Source: Pyrinomonadaceae bacterium
GTDB lineage: Bacteria; Acidobacteriota; Blastocatellia; Pyrinomonadales; Pyrinomonadaceae
Assembly (NCBI GenBank): GCA_963759585.1
Contig: CAVWZW010000003.1
Coordinates: forward strand, 68,547 to 132,546
Length of the DNA stretch: 64,000 nt
Direction of reading: 5' to 3'
The notes below the pieces were generated by a model. The model saw nothing but the letters and a program-made list of their open reading frames with translations, had not been told where the DNA came from and made no database searches. This document shows, in pieces, positions 56,063 through 64,000 of the stretch (position 1 is the stretch's first letter; each line of letters opens with the position of its first letter). A program made the position numbers and the translations under genes.

Positions 56063-57487
56063 ATGAATGCAAAAACTGTCTTGAAGTATGCCTCTGATCA
56101 AGGCGCAAAATTCGTTTCGGTCCGATTCACCGACCTGCCGGGCTCCTGGCAACACCTGACCTTTCCAATCGCAGAACTATCTGATGGCAGTTTTGAAGAT
56201 GGCTTTGGTTTCGATGCGTCTTCAATTCGCGGTTGGGCAGCGATTCATGAATCAGACATGCTGCTGGTTCCGGACGCGGGTCGTTTCTGGATGGACCCGT
56301 TCGCAGAGCAGCCGACATTGTGCCTGGTGGGCAACGCTGTCGATCCCATCACTAAGGAAGGCTATGCTTTCGATCCGCGTTCAGTCGCGGTGAGGGCCGA
56401 GAGCTACCTGAAGTTTACGGGTCTGGCTGACACCGCTTTCTTTGGACCGGAAGCAGAATTTTTCGTTTTCGATTCGGCAAAGTTTCACAACGAGCAACAT
56501 TCTGCCGGTTACACAATTGACTCGGACGAGGCACATTGGAACAGCGGGCGTGATGCCAATGAGTTTCAGGGCTCGAATCTTGGTTACCGCATTCGCCCCA
56601 AAGAAGGTTATGTCCCGGTGCCGCCAACCGACACGCTTTCGGACCTGAGGTCGGAGATTTCTTTGACACTCGGAAAGTGTGGCGTAACGGTGGAGTGCCA
56701 TCACCACGAGGTGGCAACCGCGGGCCAGTGTGAGATTGACTTCCGTTTTTCTACGCTTCTCGGCACTGCCGACAACTTACAGATTTTCAAATACGTCGTA
56801 CGCAATACTGCTTACCAATATGGCAAGGCCGCGACCTTCATGCCGAAGCCGCTTTTTGGGGACAACGGTTCGGGGATGCACTGTCACCAGTCGTTGTGGA
56901 AGAGTGACAAGCCACTCTTCGCGGGTGACGGCTATGCAGGGCTTTCCGAAATGGCGCGTTACTACATCGGTGGGCTTTTAAAACATGCGGCCGCGATTGT
57001 CGCCTTCGCTGCTCCGACAACCAATAGTTACAAGCGACTGGTGCCGGGCTTTGAAGCGCCGGTTAATCTCGCGTATTCAGCGCGGAATCGTTCAGCGGCG
57101 ATTCGAATTCCGATGTTCTCGACGAATCCGAAACTCAAGCGGTTAGAGTTTAGGCCACCGGATCCCTCATGCAATGCCTACCTTGCTTTCTCAGCGATGT
57201 TGCTGGCGGGCATCGATGGCATTCAGAATCGAATCGATCCGGGCGACCCACTCGAGAAAGACATTTACGATCTGTCTCCGGAAGAACTGAAGAATGTGCC
57301 GACCTTGCCTGGTTCGCTTGATGAATCGTTGAAAGCCCTTGAAGGAGATCACGACTTCCTCCTGAAGGGCGATGTGTTCAGCTCTCAGTTGATTGAACGC
57401 TGGATCACCTACAAGCGCGATAAGGAGATCACTCCGATGCGAATGCGGCCGCATCCGTTGGAGTTTTCGCTGTACTTCGATATTTAA
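56063..57487 (+). CDS. glnA: Glutamine synthetase type I
   Basis: 474 aa. [34 protein letters not shown], and an adenylylation-loop-like [18 protein letters not shown]. Confidence 0.9.
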   Translation: MNAKTVLKYASDQGAKFVSVRFTDLPGSWQHLTFPIAELSDGSFEDGFGFDASSIRGWAAIHESDMLLVPDAGRFWMDPFAEQPTLCLVGNAVDPITKEGYAFDPRSVAVRAESYLKFTGLADTAFFGPEAEFFVFDSAKFHNEQHSAGYTIDSDEAHWNSGRDANEFQGSNLGYRIRPKEGYVPVPPTDTLSDLRSEISLTLGKCGVTVECHHHEVATAGQCEIDFRFSTLLGTADNLQIFKYVVRNTAYQYGKAATFMPKPLFGDNGSGMHCHQSLWKSDKPLFAGDGYAGLSEMARYYIGGLLKHAAAIVAFAAPTTNSYKRLVPGFEAPVNLAYSARNRSAAIRIPMFSTNPKLKRLEFRPPDPSCNAYLAFSAMLLAGIDGIQNRIDPGDPLEKDIYDLSPEELKNVPTLPGSLDESLKALEGDHDFLLKGDVFSSQLIERWITYKRDKEITPMRMRPHPLEFSLYFDI

Positions 57488-57493
57488 GAGGGC

Positions 57494-57655
57494 ACCTCCT
57501 TGGAGTGCGGCGCCTTGTCACCGCTTTGGCCTGCGGCGGCTTGGCTCCGCAATCGTGGCTAGAATCGCGCAATTCGTGAGGAGGCTCACGGCCACCGTGG
57601 TCGCGCCAAGCCGCGACCGGCCAAAGCGCCGACAAGGCGGCGCACTCCAAGGAGG
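57494..57655. repeat. Family-A palindromic element, copy 5 (between glnA and glnE)
   Basis: acctccttggagtgcggcgccttgtcaccgctttggcctgcggcggcttggc pairs with gccaagccgcgaccggccaaagcgccgacaaggcggcgcactccaaggagg. Confidence 0.9.
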
Positions 57656-57718
57656 AGCTGTAATCCTGGAGGCCTCTCGAATTCGCGTCGCACCTAGAGC
57701 CCCGCGTAATATGTCCGC

Positions 57719-60634
57719 GTGCCAATTTCCGATTCAAAGCTCGAGTCTCTAATTCGAGATCTGCCTGACGATCGAGGCGCCCGGTTGTTTTTAGAGCGTC
57801 TTAGCCAGGAACAACCACGCAGTTTCCAAAAGCTCCAACGGGATCGAGGCCTCCTTTCTGACGCCCTCGCGCTCGCAGCCTGGAGCCCTCTACTCGCCAC
57901 CACACTTGAGCTAAATCCTGACTACATTGCCTGGCTGATGCGCGAACGCGCGGACACACGGGTGCGAACCCGCGAACAGCTGAAAGAATCACTCGCCCGG
58001 TTTGCTCTGACCAACTCTTCTGTCACCCCCCAGGTTATGCTCGCGCGCTTCCGCCGTCGCGAGTTGCTGCGCATCTATCTTCACGACGTGAGGCATGCTC
58101 ACGCGGTCGTAGAAACTACCGAAGAGTTATCCAACCTCGCAGATGCCATCCTTGATTTCGCCTTAACTTTGGCCCGGCAGGAACTCGACAATCGTTATGG
58201 CCCGCCGCTCAGAGATGATGACAAGGGTAGGATCGCCACCGCTGATTACTGCATCATTGCTCTCGGTAAACTTGGCTCACACGAACTGAACTACGCCTCC
58301 GATATCGACCTCGTGTTCATCTATTCGGAGGACGGCGCCACTTCCGGGTCGGGCGAACGCGGCAAACTAAGCAACCGGGAATATTTCATAAAACTCTCTG
58401 AAAATATTACTAAGCTTGTGGGCCAACCAGCAGGCGAAGGAGCTGCTTATCGCGTCGACCTGCGTCTGCGTCCTCATGGCCGCGATGGCGCCTTAGCGAG
58501 CTCTTTGAATGAAGCACTGCGCTATTACGCGAAGTCTGCCCAGGCCTGGGAACTACAGACGCTAATCCGCAGTCGCGCGGCCGCAGGCTCAAGTTCACTT
58601 TTCTCAAGATTTGCTGCTGCGACTGAGGAATACATTTACCGCCCGGACATTTTAATTAAGGACGCGCTGGCAAGCGTACGGTTGGCCAAACAGAAAATCG
58701 ATCGGCACATAAGTCGAGGCCAGGAGGGTTTCAATGTGAAGCTGCAACGTGGCGGTATTAGAGAGATTGAGTTCATTGCTCAAGCGCTTCAACTCGCACA
58801 CGGTGGCCGGGATGAATGGCTACGCGTGGCCCACACTCTGATCAGTCTGGGACGGCTCGCAGATCGAAAACTCATCTCCGATGAGGAGCGCACTGAATTG
58901 TCTGACGCTTACACATTTCTTCGGGTGCTGGAGCACCGGCTGCAAATGGAGCACGGACTGCAAACTCACTCAGTGCCACAGACGGTTGAGGCCCGCAGCC
59001 TGGTCGCGAGGCGCATGGGCTTTTCCGGCGCCGACGTGCTTGCAAAATTCGACGCCGCGCTGGCGTCGCACGTCGCGAATGTCCGGCGAGCATTTGATCG
59101 CGTCTTCGAGGAAGCTTCCCCTGGTGATGGAGTCGCAGAATTGCTTCCTGGCGACAGCGCCGAAAGTCCCAGTACCCAGCCCGAAGAAGCTCGGGCGATG
59201 CAGGCAGCTGCAAGCATCTTCCTGCCCGATTTAGCAGTGTCAGACAGTGAAGTGCAGCCTGCCAATGTGCGGTTGATCGAAGCGTTACTGAGCAGCGCAG
59301 CGCTGGAAGCCCTCAACCCTCACCGCTCAATGATGCTGACTGCGCGCGTGGCGGCTTCTCTCGACAAGTCAGAGACACGGATTCGTTTAACTGAAAACAA
59401 TCTGACGGCAATGGTCCGCCTCTGCGGCGCCTCGGAACTGTTTGGTGAAATGCTGGCCAGCAACCCGTCATTAATCGAGCTGCTCGGAACCGAGAATTCC
59501 AGGTTCAGGCGTCGTGACTACCGCGCGTTGCTTCGTGCTGCCATCGATCCGCAGAAAAGCTTCTCCTCTGAGCTTTCTGCTTTGCGTAGGGAATGGTCAC
59601 GGTTGTTAATAGAAGTTGGCGCGGCTGATGCCGCCGGCGACATTTCGTTGTCCGAGTCGAACGCTGTTCAGACTGAACTTGCGATCGCCAGTATCAACGT
59701 TGCCTATCTGATCGCGCGTCGAGAAATGGTGAGACGTTACGGCCGAATGGACGGCGGTCCCCGGCTAAGCGTACTGGCGCTTGGCCGGCTTGCCAGTGGT
59801 GGAGTTGATTACGGATCCGACCTCGACATCATCATCGTTTACGACTCGCTAGTTTCGTCGCCCGTTGCTTCGCTTACTGCAGATGAGGCAAATGCGCGCC
59901 TTACCGAACTGATGATTGCGGCCCTCTCGAGTGTAACTCGTGAAGGCTATCTGTATCGTGTTGATTTGCGACTGCGTCCTAATGGTAAGAATGGTCCCCT
60001 CGTAACCAGCTCCGAAGGATTTCTTGACTACCTGAAACAACGCAGTGCTATCTGGGAATGGCTGGCTTACGTCAAACTGAAAGCTGTCGCCGGCGATCTC
60101 GAGCTGGGCAGGATGATTGAGACCCACGCTCGACATGCGATTCATGAGAAGGCCCGCGAGACGGCAGCTGATGAGTTGCGTGAAGAAACGCGTCGTGTGC
60201 GCGAACTACTCGAAAAAGAGAAGGGAACGCGGAGCAGAAGGAGTGGAAGTCGCGGTCACATCGATATCAAGTATGCAGCGGGCGGAATGCTCGACGTTTA
60301 CTTTGCTGCGCGGTTTCTGCAGTTACGAGATGATGTTTCAGACGAAGGCGACGACCGCTCTACCCAGGCGACTTTGGAACGATTGGAAGCGAGCGGTTCG
60401 TTGAATCTGCAGGACTATGAATCTCTCAGCAACGGCTACGCACTGCTGCGTGCGGTGGATCATCAGCATCGCCTCATCGCGGGCAAGGTCGCAGCACTTC
60501 CCTCAGCGAGTCATCCGGTGTTATCCGAAATCGCCAGCAGGCTCGAGTTCACATCTGCTAAAGATTTAGGTGAAAAACTTGCGGAGCGGATGGTCGAGAT
60601 CCGCAAAGCGTACGAGCGCATCACCGCTCTTTAG
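57719..60634 (+). CDS. glnE: Bifunctional glutamine synthetase adenylyltransferase/adenylyl-removing enzyme
   Basis: 971 aa with two nucleotidyltransferase cores (GKLGSHELNYASDIDLVFIY and GRLASGGVDYGSDLDIIIVY), each followed by YRVDLRLRP. Confidence 0.85.
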   Translation: MPISDSKLESLIRDLPDDRGARLFLERLSQEQPRSFQKLQRDRGLLSDALALAAWSPLLATTLELNPDYIAWLMRERADTRVRTREQLKESLARFALTNSSVTPQVMLARFRRRELLRIYLHDVRHAHAVVETTEELSNLADAILDFALTLARQELDNRYGPPLRDDDKGRIATADYCIIALGKLGSHELNYASDIDLVFIYSEDGATSGSGERGKLSNREYFIKLSENITKLVGQPAGEGAAYRVDLRLRPHGRDGALASSLNEALRYYAKSAQAWELQTLIRSRAAAGSSSLFSRFAAATEEYIYRPDILIKDALASVRLAKQKIDRHISRGQEGFNVKLQRGGIREIEFIAQALQLAHGGRDEWLRVAHTLISLGRLADRKLISDEERTELSDAYTFLRVLEHRLQMEHGLQTHSVPQTVEARSLVARRMGFSGADVLAKFDAALASHVANVRRAFDRVFEEASPGDGVAELLPGDSAESPSTQPEEARAMQAAASIFLPDLAVSDSEVQPANVRLIEALLSSAALEALNPHRSMMLTARVAASLDKSETRIRLTENNLTAMVRLCGASELFGEMLASNPSLIELLGTENSRFRRRDYRALLRAAIDPQKSFSSELSALRREWSRLLIEVGAADAAGDISLSESNAVQTELAIASINVAYLIARREMVRRYGRMDGGPRLSVLALGRLASGGVDYGSDLDIIIVYDSLVSSPVASLTADEANARLTELMIAALSSVTREGYLYRVDLRLRPNGKNGPLVTSSEGFLDYLKQRSAIWEWLAYVKLKAVAGDLELGRMIETHARHAIHEKARETAADELREETRRVRELLEKEKGTRSRRSGSRGHIDIKYAAGGMLDVYFAARFLQLRDDVSDEGDDRSTQATLERLEASGSLNLQDYESLSNGYALLRAVDHQHRLIAGKVAALPSASHPVLSEIASRLEFTSAKDLGEKLAERMVEIRKAYERITAL

Positions 60635-60670
60635 GAGGCCACTGATGCGGGTTGAGTTCATGCAATCAGT

Positions 60671-60779
60671 TACAGAACCCAGCGCTGGAGCGCGGGATCC
60701 TTCCACTACTCAACATCAGCTATCAAGCCTTTAAATATGGCCGTCTCCAACATCCCGCGCTACCCCGCTGGATTCTGTA
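60671..60779. repeat. Degenerate inverted pair of REP-like units (family E)
   Basis: tacagaacccagcgctggagcgcgggat (60671-60698) and atcccgcgctaccccgctggattctgta (60752-60779). Confidence 0.7.
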
Positions 60780-60958
60780 ATTGGATCGCGAAACTGCATC
60801 ATCACCCCTTCGGCGGTTAGCCGCCATATTGCGAAGGAGTAAATGAAACCTGTTTACCTTCACATCTTCCTCGTGTAAGTTATCTAAGACTGTGTTGGTT
60901 GCAACCGCACACAGGGTTGCGGCATCCACACTTTTAGAACAGGAGTAGAGGACAAAGA

Positions 60959-61474
60959 ATGTTTCGAATCAAAGCTTCATACACGGGACAGTTGGAACTG
61001 AAAACGACGCTGGAACGAGCGCGGGAGTTTTTCGGGGAACTCAAGAATTTTGCCGACCTTATGCCTGGTATTGAAGGCATTCGCAAAGAAAGCGGTGGGA
61101 TCGTGCGTTGGCTGGTGAAGGCCGACGTGCCGGTGATCGGTTCACTACAGGCGAGCTTTGCCGTTCGTAAAACCGAGGATCGGGCTGAGCGGATAGAGTG
61201 GTCGCCCGCCGGTTCCGAGTTAAAGAATTATTTGCGGTACGCAGCGCAGTTTGAAGTTCGTGGCCACAACGTTTTAATCAAAGTGTCCCAACATGTCGAA
61301 CTGCGAAGGCCACATGCCAGAGATTTGCACCGGCTCGCTGCACTAGTTGGCGAAGGCGCCATCAGCTCAGAGATGCAGAAGAGGGTTCGTGAAATGACCC
61401 AGACTTTTTTGGCGCGAGCGCAGGCAAAGCTGGAAGGCGAGTCGCTTGCGGAACGTGAAGCCGAAGCTGTTTAA
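60959..61474 (+). CDS. SRPBCC/CoxG-like small protein
   Basis: 171 aa. The N-terminus FRIKASYTGQLELKTTLERAREFFGELKNFADLMPGIEGI resembles CoxG/polyketide-cyclase-fold proteins. RBS GGAG..GAGGA upstream. Confidence 0.5.
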   Translation: MFRIKASYTGQLELKTTLERAREFFGELKNFADLMPGIEGIRKESGGIVRWLVKADVPVIGSLQASFAVRKTEDRAERIEWSPAGSELKNYLRYAAQFEVRGHNVLIKVSQHVELRRPHARDLHRLAALVGEGAISSEMQKRVREMTQTFLARAQAKLEGESLAEREAEAV

Positions 61475-61484
61475 GACGAAACCT

Positions 61485-61687
61485 TACAGAACCGAGCGCG
61501 GTAGCGCCGGATCCCAGAAGCACCGTTCGCTAAATCTCGCGTCGATAATTAAAGTCGGCGACTCAGCCATTCCCTCCCGGTTCCTCCTCGTTATTATTAA
61601 TTCCACCCGAAAGTTAACTTCATAGGCTGCGAAGCATGTCAGTGAGTGTGGCTTCCAGGATCCGGCGCTACCGCGCTCGGTTCTGTA
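61485..61687. repeat. Inverted pair of 28-bp REP-like units (family E) with a ~147-nt spacer
   Basis: tacagaaccgagcgcggtagcgccggat (61485-61512) and atccggcgctaccgcgctcggttctgta (61660-61687). Confidence 0.9.
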
Positions 61688-61726
61688 ATCACATCATTGG
61701 CTCGCATGCGGCGTTAGAAATCTGTC

Positions 61727-64000
61727 CTACTTCTTGTAGCTGATCATGTTCGCAAACATTCGATAAGCCCCCGGTACTCCGCCACGCAGCTGCCGATACC
61801 AAACCATGCTCGTGTAGATGTAGTTTCCTTTTCCATGTTTACTGACCAGCAGTCCGCCTCGTAAAGGCTTCTCGCCGGGGTCGTTCATTGCGAACAGAGC
61901 CGTGTAGCCGGTATCCCACTCCTTCGGATAATAGAGACCACGTTCCTGAATCCAATCTTTGAAGTCGGCTTGCGTGATCCTGTTTGGAGAATTCAACAGC
62001 GCGTGACGCGGCTCGAGAAAACTCACCGGCGCGGTTTCGTCCGTCACGCGTTCGCCGCCGAGAATGATCGAGTAAGGCGCCAACTGCGGTCGCTTCTTAT
62101 TCGGATCAGGATTCCACTCATCAGACTTGTGATAGAAAACGATTAACGTCCCGCCTGCATTGGCGTATTCCAACAAACGATTATTGGCCTCAATCAATTT
62201 CGGCTGCGCTTCATAAACTCGATTGTCCAAAATAATGGCGTCGTAAACCGACAGGTCAGCGTCCTGCACATCATTTGCGCTGAGAGCCTTTGATTCCACG
62301 CCGAGGGCAGCCAGTGACTGCTCGATCGTTTGATCAAAGCTTGGAATGTAGCCAACGCTCAAGTCGGGCTTGACGCGCGCATTGCTGTAAACCAGCGGGA
62401 CGCTTCGCTCAGTAATGAGCTCGTTTGCTGGTCCATGAATCGAAACGACGGCGGACCTCGATCGTCGTAGCCCGCGCAGGTCCTGCGGCCGCGGCACCTT
62501 ATTGCTGGTAAGTATCGACTCGTTGCCTTCTTGATTGCGGAGCATTAACAGCGGGCGAGAGACTTCGGTGCGAAGTCCTGCGTCTCTGTCCAAACGCATT
62601 CTTATGGTCCCGCGGAACGCTTCACTCTTGTGGTTCGCCAGTTTCAGGCTTAACTCCCGGCAGCGGCCGAGTGTTTCCTCAGTTCGAACACAGGGTGAAG
62701 GTGACACCCCCATGATCTCGATAGCAGGCGCGACATCGACTCTGGAACTGGTACTCATCTCAAATTTCGCACCCTCAACTTCAATTACCGCCTTCGCTGC
62801 AAAGGGTGCTCCAAACAGCAACCCGTCATGAAGGTGGTCTGCCGGCGGAACGGTGTACGGGGCGTTAGCGGGCGTGACACTTTCAATGTCGACTGTAGCT
62901 TCTGTCCCAGGGAGAAGTTGCTCCGGCGGATCGGCCGCCATTTCTTTACCCAAACCAATAAACGAAAGATGGTCAATGTTGACCGGTTTGCTTCCGTTGT
63001 TTGAAAGAGTAATGGTGAAGTTTGCTTTCTCGCCTCGTAATAACGGGGTTGCTTTAACCGTAATTGCCATAGACAAGCCCATGGCTCGCGCGAGGGCATT
63101 GCCAACACGCGGCCCACTCCATGGACCTTCAGCCGGCGACTCGGCAGCCGCCTGCGACTTGATCAATGTCTCAATCACGACTTCAGGCTGATCCAGAAAC
63201 TCCGTCAAAGGCTTCGCATCAATTACCAGGGGCTTAGCTGCATTTGTAAACGGCGTTAAAGTTTGCGGCTTGAGGTTTTCGAGAAAAGTCGAAGGAGCAT
63301 TAGGCAGCGCCGGAGCATTGGGCGCCTCACGCTCTAGACGATAGCGAACCGGTGGCAGCTTCCCGCTCTCAATTCTTCGCGCCCTTAACATGTCGGCCAT
63401 CGTCCTGGGCCAGGGACCTTGAGAGGCATGCTGCTGCAGCGCTTGCAGCGCCTGTTCTGCGAACGAGATACCACGGACAGAATCGATCTCGTTCGGATCG
63501 ATGGCCACGACCTTTACCGGCGTGGCGTTGCCCGCAGCAGGATTTCCGAATAAACGCACAAACAATCTTTGCGCCTGCCACGTTTCCACTTGAGCCAGCT
63601 GCTCCGGGAAGCGTTTAGCATCCGCGGCGGCCTCAAAAGCCTCGATGAGCAACTGTCCCGTTGCCTGGTGGTGTCCGTGACCGCGCGCCGTATCGTGGTT
63701 AGTGATAATCACATCGGGACGTAGTTCACGAATCTTCAGCACCATCCGGCGCAACGATTCCTCTCGACCCCAAATGCGAAACGCTTCTTCCGAAGACTTA
63801 GAAAAACCGAAATCCTTCAAACCAAGAAAGTGTGGCTCAGAGCCCTGGATTTCTGACGCGCGCATCGTTTCCTTCGCGCGTATAACGCCCAACTCTTCAT
63901 AGAGCTCGGGACCGATAGCGTTTTGTCCGCCTTCACCATAAGTGGTGAACAGACTCACGGTGTGCACTCCATACTTTCTTCTCAAGGTCGTGAGGGTTGT
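61727..64000 (-). CDS. PIG-L/LmbE-family deacetylase fused to a ThuA-like/class I amidotransferase-like C-terminal domain (5' end beyond the window)
   Basis: The frame is open to the window edge (TTLTTLRRKYGVHTVSLFTTYGEGG...). VIITNHDTARGHGHHQATG is typical of LmbE/PIG-L. The C-terminus GGTLIVFYHKSDEW...YYPKEW is ThuA-like. Confidence 0.7.
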   Translation of the reverse strand, partial: TTLTTLRRKYGVHTVSLFTTYGEGGQNAIGPELYEELGVIRAKETMRASEIQGSEPHFLGLKDFGFSKSSEEAFRIWGREESLRRMVLKIRELRPDVIITNHDTARGHGHHQATGQLLIEAFEAAADAKRFPEQLAQVETWQAQRLFVRLFGNPAAGNATPVKVVAIDPNEIDSVRGISFAEQALQALQQHASQGPWPRTMADMLRARRIESGKLPPVRYRLEREAPNAPALPNAPSTFLENLKPQTLTPFTNAAKPLVIDAKPLTEFLDQPEVVIETLIKSQAAAESPAEGPWSGPRVGNALARAMGLSMAITVKATPLLRGEKANFTITLSNNGSKPVNIDHLSFIGLGKEMAADPPEQLLPGTEATVDIESVTPANAPYTVPPADHLHDGLLFGAPFAAKAVIEVEGAKFEMSTSSRVDVAPAIEIMGVSPSPCVRTEETLGRCRELSLKLANHKSEAFRGTIRMRLDRDAGLRTEVSRPLLMLRNQEGNESILTSNKVPRPQDLRGLRRSRSAVVSIHGPANELITERSVPLVYSNARVKPDLSVGYIPSFDQTIEQSLAALGVESKALSANDVQDADLSVYDAIILDNRVYEAQPKLIEANNRLLEYANAGGTLIVFYHKSDEWNPDPNKKRPQLAPYSIILGGERVTDETAPVSFLEPRHALLNSPNRITQADFKDWIQERGLYYPKEWDTGYTALFAMNDPGEKPLRGGLLVSKHGKGNYIYTSMVWYRQLRGGVPGAYRMFANMISYKK

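Noticed and set aside
60843-60878. An 11-codon mini-ORF (MKPVYLHIFLV) with AAGGAG upstream, followed by a small hairpin. This might be a leader peptide or attenuator before gene 60959.
   Set aside because: There is no run of regulatory codons. The hairpin is weak (6 bp) and there is no clear terminator/antiterminator alternative.
1-64000. A search for transposase, integrase, phage, toxin-antitoxin, restriction-modification or other defence genes, and for rRNA/tRNA genes.
   Set aside because: No ORF shows the corresponding motifs, and all intergenic regions longer than 100 nt are accounted for by palindromic repeats or promoters. Small ncRNAs cannot be excluded without covariance-model scans.

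Overview
This 64-kb window is probably from an Acidobacteriota-like genome. That is an inference from a Soli_cterm/TIGR03437-like C-terminal domain and many PD40/BNR-rich secreted proteins, and it cannot be verified here. The window has three blocks.

(1) 1-12.3 kb: four co-oriented genes for large Sec-secreted enzymes, the first cut by the window edge. Their catalytic heads are unrelated: S1 protease + DUF11 + PD40, a BNR/Asp-box propeller, and a PA-domain HExxH metalloprotease. All end in the same ~330-aa Calx-beta + triple DUF4214-like module, and each is followed by the same long palindromic intergenic element.

(2) 12.4-41.2 kb: a surface-glycan locus. It holds several GT4 glycosyltransferases and an RfbH-like dehydrase + SDR + ThDP enzyme trio (YerE-like, suggesting a branched dideoxyhexose). 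It also holds a GtrB/Ppm-like GT2 with three GT-C-type membrane proteins (PIG-V-like, YfhO-like, DUF2079), methyltransferases and a WbdD-like dual methyltransferase. The transporter genes wzt and wzm are separated by two secreted-protein genes. A stand-alone secreted DUF4214 protein sits inside this locus.

(3) 41.7-64 kb: mostly housekeeping genes. These are a TPR protein, thiE-thiD, cyclophilin, thrC, an AlkP-like protein, an ABC ATPase, a methyltransferase, a deoxyhypusine-synthase-like gene + speA, glnA-glnE, an SRPBCC protein and a PIG-L/ThuA-like protein.

Intergenic DNA contains at least six families of nested palindromic (REP/MITE-like) repeats, and some of them supply gene 3' ends. 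I found no rRNA, tRNA, CRISPR array, transposase, integrase or recognisable defence genes.

The most interesting hypothesis is that the Calx-beta + DUF4214 module is an undescribed C-terminal surface-sorting or anchoring cassette linked to the adjacent glycan and extracytoplasmic glycosylation locus. The module appears to be homogenised by gene conversion that runs through the stop codon into the palindromic element.
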